Positions 51,082 through 59,899 of a stretch of 59,899 nt of DNA are shown one piece after another. Source of the DNA: Nanobdellota archaeon (GTDB lineage Archaea; Nanobdellota; Nanobdellia; PEZQ01). The stretch is from positions 1 to 59,899 of the forward strand of contig JAAOXS010000014.1 in the NCBI GenBank assembly GCA_018220985.1, read 5' to 3'. The notes beneath the pieces were generated by a model. The model ran no database searches. It was not told where the DNA came from and saw nothing but the letters and a program-made list of their open reading frames with translations. Made by a program: the position numbers and the translations under genes. Every line of letters begins with the position of its first letter. Position 1 is the first letter of the stretch.

Positions 51082-51867
51082 AAAATGAATTTTAGCTTTT
51101 TTCAACGAACTCGTAAGTTCAGTGAATAATTCAGTTTTTTTCGCTCCTAAACCTTTGTTACTCGTCCAAACATTTACAGAAATTATTACGCCATCTTTAG
51201 TAACGTCAGCAATGGTTATTGACGCGCCTTTACTCTTACTCTTCCACTTAATATTATCAACTATTTTATCAATTATTTTCATGGCTTTTTTCAAATCAGA
51301 ATCAATATCAATGTCAATTTTTAAATCAACACGTCTGCGCTTATTCTTAGAATAATTAATGATGTAATCCGTTGCAAGCTTAGCATTTGGCACGCTAACA
51401 ATTTTTCCATCAGATGTTTCAACTTTCGTTGAGCGTATTGTTATTTCTTTAACTTTCCCTTTAACCTTACCTATCTCTATTGAATCCCCTATTTCAAAAG
51501 GTCTGTCAAATATGACGAGTATTCCGCTTATCACATTCGCAACCAAGTCTTTACTTGCAAAACCAACAGCCATGCCCATGATTCCCGCGCTCGTAATGAA
51601 AGCGAAAATTATATCCTTAAGACCAAGAACGTAAAGGGATATTATTCCAGCAATCATGTAAGCAGCGTAACCGAAAATCGTTTTTAATAATTGTATTGTA
51701 TGCTCAGTTAAATCTAATTGCTTAATCCCATTCTTTTCAGCCATTTTATCCATTCTTTCTAAATAATTACCGAAAAACCTTTTAAAAATTTTAGCGCCAA
51801 TAAATGTTAGAATTATGATTAAAAACTTAGCGAACACTTCCAAAACCATTACTTGAGTTATTTCCAT
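51049..51867 (-). CDS. mscS: Small-conductance mechanosensitive channel (MscS family)
   Basis: Three N-terminal TM segments, then ..ISGILVIFDRPFEIGDSIEIGKVKGKVKEITIRSTKVET.. Confidence 0.8.
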   Translation of the reverse strand: MEITQVMVLEVFAKFLIIILTFIGAKIFKRFFGNYLERMDKMAEKNGIKQLDLTEHTIQLLKTIFGYAAYMIAGIISLYVLGLKDIIFAFITSAGIMGMAVGFASKDLVANVISGILVIFDRPFEIGDSIEIGKVKGKVKEITIRSTKVETSDGKIVSVPNAKLATDYIINYSKNKRRRVDLKIDIDIDSDLKKAMKIIDKIVDNIKWKSKSKGASITIADVTKDGVIISVNVWTSNKGLGAKKTELFTELTSSLKKAKIHFSVPRRLNVQR

Positions 51868-51911
51868 AAAACAAATTAGTTGATTGTTAACTATTTAAAA
51901 TTTTAGTAAAA

Positions 51912-53045
51912 TTACTTGAATTGAGCTGAAACATCACTAACGGCGTCACAAACTTCAACTGGCTCTCCGCCAGTAAGAGCGCAAATACCAGCAGTCAAAA
52001 CTTCAAACTCAGCTTCCTCACCAATAGCTGTTCCAGCACCCGGACGCATATAAGAACAACCAAGAACAAAAAAGGGTGTGCCAGAACCACCATACTTGCT
52101 CATAACAGATAAATGAGGAGACTCTGTTTCAACATCTATTTCAACAGCGTGAACAACAACGTAATCACTTTCAAAACTAGCTTCAACAAAACTATTACCA
52201 CCATCATAATCTATCCATTCACCGAACTGTGAAGTCGCGTTCACAAAAACAGGTCTCTCCCAAGTACAATAAACACACGTAGTGCCACTAAATAAGTAAA
52301 CAACGGGCTTACCATCTTCAACGCACACGTCATCACCTGTTTTCAAAAAATTACCCGGTAAAGGATAGCCTGTGATTTCACCAGTGATTAAATCCCTATA
52401 AATAAAACCTGTAATAATGGAATTACCTCTAAAAACGTACCAACCATCACTTTCCACACTACCAATCTGAGCGTAAACATCAGTGAAAATTTGAGAATAA
52501 TTCGACACTAACACAGGAGAAATTAAAACAACAGGAACCTCAGTAATAGAATACTTATCAATTAATGCCCTGCCTTCAGCAGAGTTCAAATCATACTCTT
52601 CAACAACACCAATATTAACACCAACTTGACCTAAAACCGAATTATGAATGTCAAGAGGCGAACAATCCGCACAGGAAACATCAGTTAAACGAATAATGTT
52701 AACAGGACTAATAACAGGAACAACAGAAACAGGCGTTTCAGTATTATCAACTCCAGTGAAATAACCAGTAACATCATTAAAACCGTGAGTTACAACACTA
52801 GCTCCAATCAAGAAAACAAGCAAGATAGAAGTGTAAAACCACATGTTAGACGGAAAATTGAAAACCAAATCTTCACCATCACGAGCAATAAATTTATCTT
52901 TTTTAATTTTTGGTTTTCTATCAAAAGGAGTTTCAGCAGGCTTAACAATTTCAGGCTTAACAATTTCTTCTTTAATTTCTTTAACTTCTTCAACCTTTTT
53001 TTCAGGCTTATCATCCTTAAATTCGATAATAGGACTATCACTCAT
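51912..53045 (-). CDS. Membrane-anchored protein with two extracytoplasmic thioredoxin-like CxxC regions
   Basis: K/E-rich N-terminus and a TM (WFYTSILLVFLIGASVV), followed by CADC and CVYC motifs. The second motif is followed by GTPFFVLG (cis-Pro loop-like). Confidence 0.5.
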   Translation of the reverse strand: MSDSPIIEFKDDKPEKKVEEVKEIKEEIVKPEIVKPAETPFDRKPKIKKDKFIARDGEDLVFNFPSNMWFYTSILLVFLIGASVVTHGFNDVTGYFTGVDNTETPVSVVPVISPVNIIRLTDVSCADCSPLDIHNSVLGQVGVNIGVVEEYDLNSAEGRALIDKYSITEVPVVLISPVLVSNYSQIFTDVYAQIGSVESDGWYVFRGNSIITGFIYRDLITGEITGYPLPGNFLKTGDDVCVEDGKPVVYLFSGTTCVYCTWERPVFVNATSQFGEWIDYDGGNSFVEASFESDYVVVHAVEIDVETESPHLSVMSKYGGSGTPFFVLGCSYMRPGAGTAIGEEAEFEVLTAGICALTGGEPVEVCDAVSDVSAQFK

Positions 53046-53785
53046 ACTTCACAACCCCCATTAACTTCTGAAGTAATACTTTCAATAATTTCAGAACAGC
53101 CACTTAAAGAAGAGTCAATAGAACAAATAGCCTGCTTATAACCATCAACACTCCTAACACCTTGATACGAAACCCCATTAAAGAATAGTGTTGGAGAACC
53201 CCTAACTTCCAAAGAATCGCCAAGAGCCTTATCAACACTTAATAAATCAATAGCTTCCGTGTCAAGGCAAGTTTGGATTTTATTAACATTAACACCTGTT
53301 TTCACAGCACAACCAGACCAGCATTCCTCAACATTAGCTGAAGAACACTCACTATTAATACAACCAACATAGTCCCACCACGTATCCTCATCATAATACT
53401 GCCAAATGCACAACTGACGGACTCCTTCATTCAATTCACTAATACCATGCATAGAACAATAAACATTCTCTTCATCAATACAATAATTAGGAAAACCACT
53501 CTGATAATTAGAATAAATAACGAAATGAGGCTCAAAAAGAACGTCATTCTTGAAAACGTCATAAACTGGTTTTAAAATTTCCTCTGCTTGAGAACCAAAA
53601 GGGCAAAAACTCATAACAAAAAAATCAACTTTAACACTTCTATTTGGATGCAATTCCTTAGTAGCGAAGCCAGTTAATGGATTAACGCTAAACCCCTGTG
53701 TTAAAATACTACCTACAAAAACACAACCTAAAAGAATTGCTATGTAAAACCATTTATCTTTCATGTAAAACCATTTATCTTTCAT
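53042..53785 (-). CDS. Extracytoplasmic DsbA/GILT-like thioredoxin-fold protein
   Basis: N-terminal anchor and FVMSFCPFGSQ in the active-site position. ..CSMHGISELNEGVRQLC.. is GILT-like and ..RGSPTLFFNG.. resembles the DsbA cis-Pro loop. Start is ambiguous (53785 or 53764) because of a 21-bp duplication. Confidence 0.5.
   Translation of the reverse strand: MKDKWFYMKDKWFYIAILLGCVFVGSILTQGFSVNPLTGFATKELHPNRSVKVDFFVMSFCPFGSQAEEILKPVYDVFKNDVLFEPHFVIYSNYQSGFPNYCIDEENVYCSMHGISELNEGVRQLCIWQYYDEDTWWDYVGCINSECSSANVEECWSGCAVKTGVNVNKIQTCLDTEAIDLLSVDKALGDSLEVRGSPTLFFNGVSYQGVRSVDGYKQAICSIDSSLSGCSEIIESITSEVNGGCEV
53744..53785 (-). repeat. Perfect 21-bp tandem duplication including the start codon (MKDKWFY x2)
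   Basis: GTAAAACCATTTATCTTTCAT occurs twice in tandem on the plus strand. Confidence 0.85.
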
Positions 53786-53827
53786 GTGTGAAAAAATACA
53801 AACAAATAATACTTTAAAAAGATTACT

Positions 53828-54733
53828 CTAAAACAAAAGTAACTTGCTAATCAAGTCCTCAATCAAAGGTGCAGGTAAGTAAAGAAACAGCACCACTGTA
53901 TGAAAAATGGGTTCGAATTGCTCCCCGTAAAAACGCCTTAAAAAAACTTCCATTTCATCCATCATAGCAGGAGTAAGACTTTGCACAAGTTTAGTTAATA
54001 AATAAGAAGTTGTCGATATAGGGTCAACGTATTGCAATAAAAAACCAGTTTTTTTAAGCAAACTGACAAAATTATTTTCAGTTGTTTTAACAATGGATTC
54101 CCATGCTTGACCATATTTTAAACGGGAAAACAAAGCAAGAGTTAGTAAAGTGAAGAATTTACTCTTGAAAAGCTCTACAATATCAATATCCCTTTTTCTA
54201 ACCTCTTTCGTATCCCACTCCAAAAACAACTTGCTTAAATTAACTGTTTTAAAAAATGACTTTAAAAAATAATACTCCCACTTCAATTCTTCACCCTCAC
54301 TTAACCATAAATCAAGAAGTAAAGAGAAATCAGCAGTGTAAATGTAACGACTCCTACCAGTTAAACCATAAGACTTTTTGAAAACAGGATCCCATGACAA
54401 ACTACGCAATAAACCTGTTTTTTCAAGGCGAACAAGCGATTTATCCAACCTACTCCTCGCTAAGTTGGTTTTTTTGTTATAATACGTCTGAGCAAGAGTA
54501 TATTTATTGTGAGGTCTAAGCAAAAACAAGTAAAATAACTTGGAAGTCAAACCACCTTTTAAAAGCCCTAAATGCTCTTTTGGAAGGGATTCTAAACGGA
54601 AAGTTCCAGAAGGCTCGTCAAGTCCATCCTCATAACCATTCTTGAATTTCAACCAAACATTACCAGTAATCAAATTAAGCTTTAATTCTGAAGATTCAGC
54701 TTCTTCAAGCAATCTAAGCGTTTGCTCTTTCAT
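53828..54733 (-). CDS. Hypothetical protein (301 aa), possibly with an N-terminal winged helix
   Basis: ..YTLAQTYYNKKTNLARSRLDKSLVRLEKTGLLRS.. looks wHTH-like. The rest is unassigned. Confidence 0.4.
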   Translation of the reverse strand: MKEQTLRLLEEAESSELKLNLITGNVWLKFKNGYEDGLDEPSGTFRLESLPKEHLGLLKGGLTSKLFYLFLLRPHNKYTLAQTYYNKKTNLARSRLDKSLVRLEKTGLLRSLSWDPVFKKSYGLTGRSRYIYTADFSLLLDLWLSEGEELKWEYYFLKSFFKTVNLSKLFLEWDTKEVRKRDIDIVELFKSKFFTLLTLALFSRLKYGQAWESIVKTTENNFVSLLKKTGFLLQYVDPISTTSYLLTKLVQSLTPAMMDEMEVFLRRFYGEQFEPIFHTVVLFLYLPAPLIEDLISKLLLF

Positions 54734-54890
54734 GTGTTCAAAATATACAACAAACTTGGAAAATATAAGGCTTACCTTAACAAACAGTTCAAACGGGTTC
54801 CGAAGAAGACGTTTTCAAGCTCCAAACAGCAAAAGATATGTGTTGAATTGACACAGTTTATTTAAACCCTTATAAAACGCAAAGAATTTA

Positions 54891-55076
54891 ATGATGTGTT
54901 TTTTAAATACATGTGTAATGGGAATACTTAGTTTTATTGTGTCTGAAAAACCCACCATATGTGAAAAGTGTGGTGGTGATATGGTTGAGTCTGGTGAAAT
55001 CAAAACCAAGACTGGAAAACGAAAAAAAGTATATAGATGCACAAATTGTCAGCACCGCGTGACTTCAAACAAATAA
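54891..55076 (+). CDS. Small zinc-ribbon protein (61 aa)
   Basis: CEKCGG..(20 aa)..CTNCQH with a basic spacer. An AT-rich TATA-like sequence lies upstream. Confidence 0.35.
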   Translation: MMCFLNTCVMGILSFIVSEKPTICEKCGGDMVESGEIKTKTGKRKKVYRCTNCQHRVTSNK

Positions 55077-55107
55077 TTAATGTGTTTTTTGAACACAATA
55101 CAGCAAT

Positions 55108-57906
55108 TTATGGTTTTTTAATTAATTTTTGCTTAGCATCATCAAAACTTGCAAGAGAATAATTGCCAGGCTCATATTCTTGGCGTAATCTATGCAAGTT
55201 TACAAGTATATCTTTAACATCCCCAGTAACATGACTTTCATATTCAACATTCTTTTTTATTTCAGGTTTTGTTAACTTATCAGGTTCATTCTTGCTGAAA
55301 GTTACGTATTTAACAACTTTTCCAGGAGGACCAAGATTAGCTTCTGTTTTTTTCTCAACACTCTCCACTTTTTCCTCTTTTTTCACTTCATCTTTCTGAA
55401 CATCTTCAATTTCTTTCTGAACAGGTTCTGGAATAGATTTCTCTTCTTGTTTAACTTCTTTTTCAAGTTCTTCAATTGGTTTCTCCGCTTTTTCTTCACT
55501 TATCTGTTTTTTAACAGGTTCTGAAGATTCTTCAGTTTTCTCAGCAGATTTATCAGAAGATTTTGTTTCTTCAGGTTTGTTCTCAGTTAAGTTCTCTTCA
55601 TTTTTAGGAGGTTCAGATGGTTTATCAGCAGGTTCGGAAGGTTCCGAGCTTTTTTCTTCAGTTTTTTCTTCAGGTTTCTGAGGTTCGGAAGGTGTTTGAA
55701 CATGTGTTTTCTCTGTTTTCGGGTTTTCAGCAGGTGTTTCAATAGGTTTTGGAGCTTCAACAGGTGTTGGCGGTGCAGCACTTGGCGCTGGAATTACTTG
55801 TTCAGTTAGCGTTTCAGCAGGTTTTACTTCTGCAGGCGCGTTTTCCCCTGTTTTCTCTTCAGGTTTTGGTTCTTCCCCAGTTTTAACTGGTTTTCTTACT
55901 TTTTTACCAGTAAAATCATTGCACTGCCTGTAAAGCATTTCCAAATCACGCCTATCAGTTCTCCCCCTATCAAGAACGGAGATGATTTTACCTTCTAATT
56001 CCTCAAAAGAACGTTTTTTCTCATCTTTTATGCGTCTTAACTCGTTATACGCTTTTTCAGAAATTAAAGCATCGTCATACTGCTCATTAAGTATTCTCAG
56101 ATCATGTTTTAACAATTCTTCCTTCTCATTAATTAAATCAAGAACTTCAGCAAAATAATCCCTATCACTGCCAGTTAATTCCTTATCACTGACCATGTCA
56201 ATCTCATCTTCAACGCGGGAAAATTTATTATCCATTTTCGCTTTAAACTCGGCTAATTCCGTTTTTGACGTGTAATCAGCCATTCTCGTTTTTAAATTAT
56301 CCATTGCTTGCAATAATTCAAAAGATAAACCATCAATACGATTAACTTTATCAACGAAAACGGGCAAATCAGAAAATTTTCGTTCAACTTGCAAATACAT
56401 ATCCTCAACCTTGTTCGCAAGTCTTTGAATTATTTTTTCAGCATCCTCAATCTTAATTAATTTCTCACCAACATCCTTACCAACATCAATTAATAGTTTT
56501 AAATTACGCAAATCCTCAAAAACCTCTGAAATTTTATCAAACTTTTTAAGCAAATCAGTAACAGTCCCTTCCAATGTTTTAAAAGAATTATCAATACCAC
56601 TTAAACGATTAGTTGTTTCACGCTCAAACTTTGCAATAGTTTGCGGGTTTATTTCAGCAACATTCGCGTTTAACGTTTCAATTTTTAATTGCATTTCACC
56701 AAAACTCTTTTCACGAGTGGTTACTTGCCCCTTAACCTCACTTAATCTTTCAGAAAAACCATCTAATTTCTCATTCAAACCTTTAAAACGCTCTTCAGCA
56801 GACAAAATTTTCGTTCTTAATTCCTCAAATGCTTTTTCATACTCAATCATTTTATCAGATGGCATTGAAGAAACAGATTCAACAGTGGGAGCGGGTGCTG
56901 AAACAGGAGCTGAAGGAAGAGGTGTTGCTGGTTGAGCAGGAGTGGTTGCTTGAGGTATAGCTTGAGTTGCTACGGCAGGTTCAGCAGTTGTTTTTTTACC
57001 TTTCTGGTCAGGTTCTTCTAATTCGTCCTCAGAATTTATTTTCTCCAAAGCTTGAGGTGTGAATTCCATAATTGTTCGTGACTCTTCTTTCTCCATATCA
57101 GGAGTTTTAACAGGCATGTCAACAATGCTTGTCCCATCAATAAAACCAAGCGTGTCCAAATACTTTTTTAAAACATCTAACTCAATGGACATTAAGCCAT
57201 TCTGGCTTAGAATAGAATTAATTTCTGAAAGCGTCGTGTCTAATGGGAAGAAAAAATTACCTGCACGACTCCAGTAAGCTTTTTCTTTCTGGTTTTTTGC
57301 ATAAACGTTTTTCAAAAGCTTTCTTAAAGCGTTTAAAGGACCTAAACCAGTATAATCCTCATCAACATCACTTTTCTTTTTAGGTTTTTCTTCTTTTTGC
57401 TCAGAATCCTTTTTTTCATCTTTCTCTTCATCTGATTTTTTCTCTTTTTCAGGTTCGGAGGGTTTAGTATCCTCTTTCACACTTTCGTCTTGTTTTTTTA
57501 CATTTTTTTCATCAGATTTCGAATCTTCAGTGTCCTCTTTTTTCTTTTCAGATTCAGTATTAGAAAGTTCTATTTCTTTAGTTTCCTCACCCATACTTTC
57601 TTTAGGCGCTTTTAGAGTTTTAAGACTTTTGAAAGCGTTCAACACTTCTTCATAACTCTTACTTGAAATCAAACCTTTACTATGCTGTTCTTCAAGCTCT
57701 CGGAGAATTGGTGAATCACGCAATTCAACACTCTTTCTTAAATTTTCTTTTCTTTCAATGCTTTCAGAATCCTTTTTTTCTAAAAATTTCTGCTCAAAAC
57801 TATGAATTTTTTGCAATAAACGTTTTGGAGCTTTATCAACAAAAACATCCTCCTTAACATCCTCAAAATTATCCTCTTTTTTCTTAATGAAAGGCAGTTC
57901 AATCAT
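55108..57906 (-). CDS. 932-aa acidic coiled-coil / low-complexity protein, no TM
   Basis: Central heptad-rich region flanked by E/K/P/S/T low-complexity regions, with three copies of a ~25-aa SHOCT-like motif. It starts 9 nt after the stop of the upstream ATPase gene. Confidence 0.6.
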   Translation of the reverse strand: MIELPFIKKKEDNFEDVKEDVFVDKAPKRLLQKIHSFEQKFLEKKDSESIERKENLRKSVELRDSPILRELEEQHSKGLISSKSYEEVLNAFKSLKTLKAPKESMGEETKEIELSNTESEKKKEDTEDSKSDEKNVKKQDESVKEDTKPSEPEKEKKSDEEKDEKKDSEQKEEKPKKKSDVDEDYTGLGPLNALRKLLKNVYAKNQKEKAYWSRAGNFFFPLDTTLSEINSILSQNGLMSIELDVLKKYLDTLGFIDGTSIVDMPVKTPDMEKEESRTIMEFTPQALEKINSEDELEEPDQKGKKTTAEPAVATQAIPQATTPAQPATPLPSAPVSAPAPTVESVSSMPSDKMIEYEKAFEELRTKILSAEERFKGLNEKLDGFSERLSEVKGQVTTREKSFGEMQLKIETLNANVAEINPQTIAKFERETTNRLSGIDNSFKTLEGTVTDLLKKFDKISEVFEDLRNLKLLIDVGKDVGEKLIKIEDAEKIIQRLANKVEDMYLQVERKFSDLPVFVDKVNRIDGLSFELLQAMDNLKTRMADYTSKTELAEFKAKMDNKFSRVEDEIDMVSDKELTGSDRDYFAEVLDLINEKEELLKHDLRILNEQYDDALISEKAYNELRRIKDEKKRSFEELEGKIISVLDRGRTDRRDLEMLYRQCNDFTGKKVRKPVKTGEEPKPEEKTGENAPAEVKPAETLTEQVIPAPSAAPPTPVEAPKPIETPAENPKTEKTHVQTPSEPQKPEEKTEEKSSEPSEPADKPSEPPKNEENLTENKPEETKSSDKSAEKTEESSEPVKKQISEEKAEKPIEELEKEVKQEEKSIPEPVQKEIEDVQKDEVKKEEKVESVEKKTEANLGPPGKVVKYVTFSKNEPDKLTKPEIKKNVEYESHVTGDVKDILVNLHRLRQEYEPGNYSLASFDDAKQKLIKKP

Positions 57907-57915
57907 TTAGTTTAT

Positions 57916-59899
57916 TCACCCCCCTAAACCCTTTAACGTTTTATCAACTGAAGTGAAATATGTTTCAGCCATTTTCAATTGACTGTCCCTCATTTTACCA
58001 ACAGCAAGTTTGAATTCTAATTCAACATCATAAGTATTTACTCCCTTAGCTTTTAATTGAGTTATCCTACTTTCCAAAGCACGCTTAGTCTTACCAACAC
58101 GGAAGTAATCCTGTAATTGCACATCAGTTAACCTTCGCACACCATGTTTTATTGGCTTGAAAGTTATGAAATAAGGCTTTCCATTATTGTACTTAGGATT
58201 TTGGAATAAACCAGTACCAACTTCCATTTTTGCAATGTAATCAGAATACACCACACCATACTTTTGTTTAACCCTATTAATATCACCCTCATACTTTGTA
58301 CGTAATTGAACCTCACTGCCAATGTTAGCACGAATCGCCCCTCTAAAATCAATCAAAACCTGTGAAATCATGATTATACCCACACCCCACTTACGGAACT
58401 CACGCGCACCTCTTTCCAAAGCAGTGTAACCACCCTTACCACCATACTTTGGCAAAAGCCTGTGAACCTCATCATAAACAATTTCCAAACGCAATTGTTT
58501 GGACTCGTCAAGTTGAGCGTCGAAAACGCTTCCAATAGTGTTCTGAACAAACTTATCTAAATCACCGCCTTTCAACTTATTCATGGTAAAAATGAACATT
58601 GTTCCTTTATTCTTTTCATCCAAAAATTGTTTAATATCAATTTTCATATCAGCGTTTTCAACATCTATTATTTCAACTTTGTAACGTTTAGCATCCTCTT
58701 TTTTCATGCCGAATTTAGGGTATAACGCGTACAAATTCTCATCTTCAAGTTTTTGAGTAAACCCTGTCCACTGAAGAGTAGGATCGAAAACAATAACTGG
58801 CACGTCATTATCCAACACGTCCTCAATCCAGCCCATTATGCTAAAAGTTTTACCACTACCAGTTCCACCAGCTGCAAGAGCGTGAACCATTAACTGATCC
58901 ATTTCAAGATGCGCAAATTTATCACTCTCAGCAATTCTACCCAAAAACAAAGTTCGAGGCCCGGGCTTAGGCATTTTAGAATGGTCAACAGGGAACACGT
59001 ATTTTGCGTGCGCGAGCGAACGAGTTTTGTAAACAGCGTAAACCTTTCTGAACACTATTAATCCAACAATACCAGAGATTAGTAAATAAGTAATCCAACT
59101 ACTTATGATAAACCTAATAAACAATAATATGAACGGTGTTTCAACAACAGTAAATGAAGTAAGACTGCTTGCAATTCTATCATCATAATGCGCGACGGCT
59201 TCAATTATGTAAATACCCGGAGCAGTTGTTAAAGGTATTTTCTCCTCTTTAGATAAATCCAAAGTATTTTCTAAAGCGAGAGTTTCTTCACGAATAATAA
59301 TAAACTCGCCAGTTTCAGCATTTGTTATTGTATAATTAATCCAAACATCAACTTTCTTTGTTTCACCAAGATTGAACAATGAAATCTTAAATTTCAAATT
59401 ATCACCAGGCCCAACTTCAGGCAATAGAGTAGCTATTTTAACGTCAAGTAACGCTTCCTTTCTAGGAACAACTTTTAAAGTTGTAGGAACAGTTCTCTCA
59501 ACATCACCCAATGTAAGCGTAATATCCCCTGTGTAAGTTCCAGTACGCGTAGCTGGCAAAGTATAATACTTGATTTTAACTGTTTTTGTTGATTTAGCTG
59601 GAATTGTAAAACTCGTTTCCTCTATTTGCACATGCTGCCACACATCACCTCTAACACTAATTGTTCCACTTACAGAAAATATCTTATTATTTGTTATATC
59701 TATTGACGCTATTTTGAAATCGCCTGGCGTAAGTTCAAATTCTATTGAAGACTTTGAAACAACATAATCTGACGGGTAAACATCAGGCTCTGGCGCAGGC
59801 TCAAATGTCACACCCCCCGCACCACCTCCAGCTTCTTGAATAATCACTACAGGTACTGTTGCACCACCATCATCACCAGTACCACCACCATCATCACCA
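57916..59899 (-). CDS. Membrane-anchored HerA/FtsK-superfamily P-loop ATPase (DUF87-like) with extracellular Ig-like N-terminal domains; 5' end outside the window
   Basis: The frame is open to the window edge (..GDDGGGTGDDGGATVPVV..). Two beta-rich Ig/CARDB-like segments precede the TM FILLFIRFIISSWITYLLISGIVGLIVF. Then come Walker A AAGGTGSGKT, Walker B LEIVYDEVHRL and IIMISQ. Confidence 0.7.
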   Translation of the reverse strand, partial: GDDGGGTGDDGGATVPVVIIQEAGGGAGGVTFEPAPEPDVYPSDYVVSKSSIEFELTPGDFKIASIDITNNKIFSVSGTISVRGDVWQHVQIEETSFTIPAKSTKTVKIKYYTLPATRTGTYTGDITLTLGDVERTVPTTLKVVPRKEALLDVKIATLLPEVGPGDNLKFKISLFNLGETKKVDVWINYTITNAETGEFIIIREETLALENTLDLSKEEKIPLTTAPGIYIIEAVAHYDDRIASSLTSFTVVETPFILLFIRFIISSWITYLLISGIVGLIVFRKVYAVYKTRSLAHAKYVFPVDHSKMPKPGPRTLFLGRIAESDKFAHLEMDQLMVHALAAGGTGSGKTFSIMGWIEDVLDNDVPVIVFDPTLQWTGFTQKLEDENLYALYPKFGMKKEDAKRYKVEIIDVENADMKIDIKQFLDEKNKGTMFIFTMNKLKGGDLDKFVQNTIGSVFDAQLDESKQLRLEIVYDEVHRLLPKYGGKGGYTALERGAREFRKWGVGIIMISQVLIDFRGAIRANIGSEVQLRTKYEGDINRVKQKYGVVYSDYIAKMEVGTGLFQNPKYNNGKPYFITFKPIKHGVRRLTDVQLQDYFRVGKTKRALESRITQLKAKGVNTYDVELEFKLAVGKMRDSQLKMAETYFTSVDKTLKGLGG

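Noticed and set aside
52785-53141. Three overlapping ORFs (52785-53141, 52808-53041, 52843-53064) with repetitive K/L/F-rich translations
   Set aside because: They are alternative-frame shadows of the K/E/V-rich N-terminal low-complexity region of 51912-53045.
54891-55076. Small zinc-ribbon ORF as an IS1 InsA-like transposase remnant linked to the MITE-like element
   Set aside because: Only the generic CxxC...CxxC ribbon pattern is shared. There are no inverted repeats, no transposase catalytic ORF nearby and no similarity to the element termini.

Overview
Low-GC (about one third GC by eye), tightly packed archaeal chromosome segment. I infer a small-genome DPANN-type archaeon. The evidence is split rpoB (B''/B') and split rpoA (A'/A''), TFB, aEF-2, Pelota and NucS, plus tRNA genes with bulge-helix-bulge introns. 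Very large sequon-rich surface proteins and CGDxxC cysteine-repeat secreted proteins point the same way.

Contents by region:
- 1-15 kb: the conserved archaeal string rpoH-rpoB''-rpoB'-rpoA'-rpoA''-rpl30e-nusA-[ABC-2 exporter]-rps12-rps7-[dut]-fusA on the minus strand.
- 15-27 kb: metallophosphoesterase, NucS plus a minimal Ogt-like protein, TFB and an HD hydrolase gene broken by one in-frame TAA. Also four tRNA genes (Asp and Leu with introns; Thr, Glu), several small membrane or hypothetical genes, a ~100-bp MITE-like hairpin element and an amino-acid permease.
- 27.7-39.1 kb: a five-gene cluster of three paralogous giant surface proteins interleaved with small basic coiled-coil proteins.
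- 39-51 kb: pyrG, an ATP-grasp protein, a second ABC-2 exporter, glmS, a 741-aa Cys-rich repeat protein, pelota, cmk and mscS.
- 52-54 kb: two extracytoplasmic thioredoxin-fold proteins.
- 55-59.9 kb: a 932-aa acidic coiled-coil protein, then a membrane-anchored HerA/FtsK-type ATPase whose extracellular part resembles the membrane-proximal module of the giant surface proteins.

No rRNA, CRISPR array, transposase or integrase was seen.

The most interesting candidates are the surface-protein cluster and the ATPase/coiled-coil pair, which may form a cell-surface or cell-contact apparatus. Next are the shared hairpin cassette in two tRNA introns and a tRNA trailer, and the MITE-like element.

All calls come from reading the ORF track and sequence by eye. 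Hand-derived coordinates (tRNAs, repeats, small ORFs) may be off by 1-2 nt.
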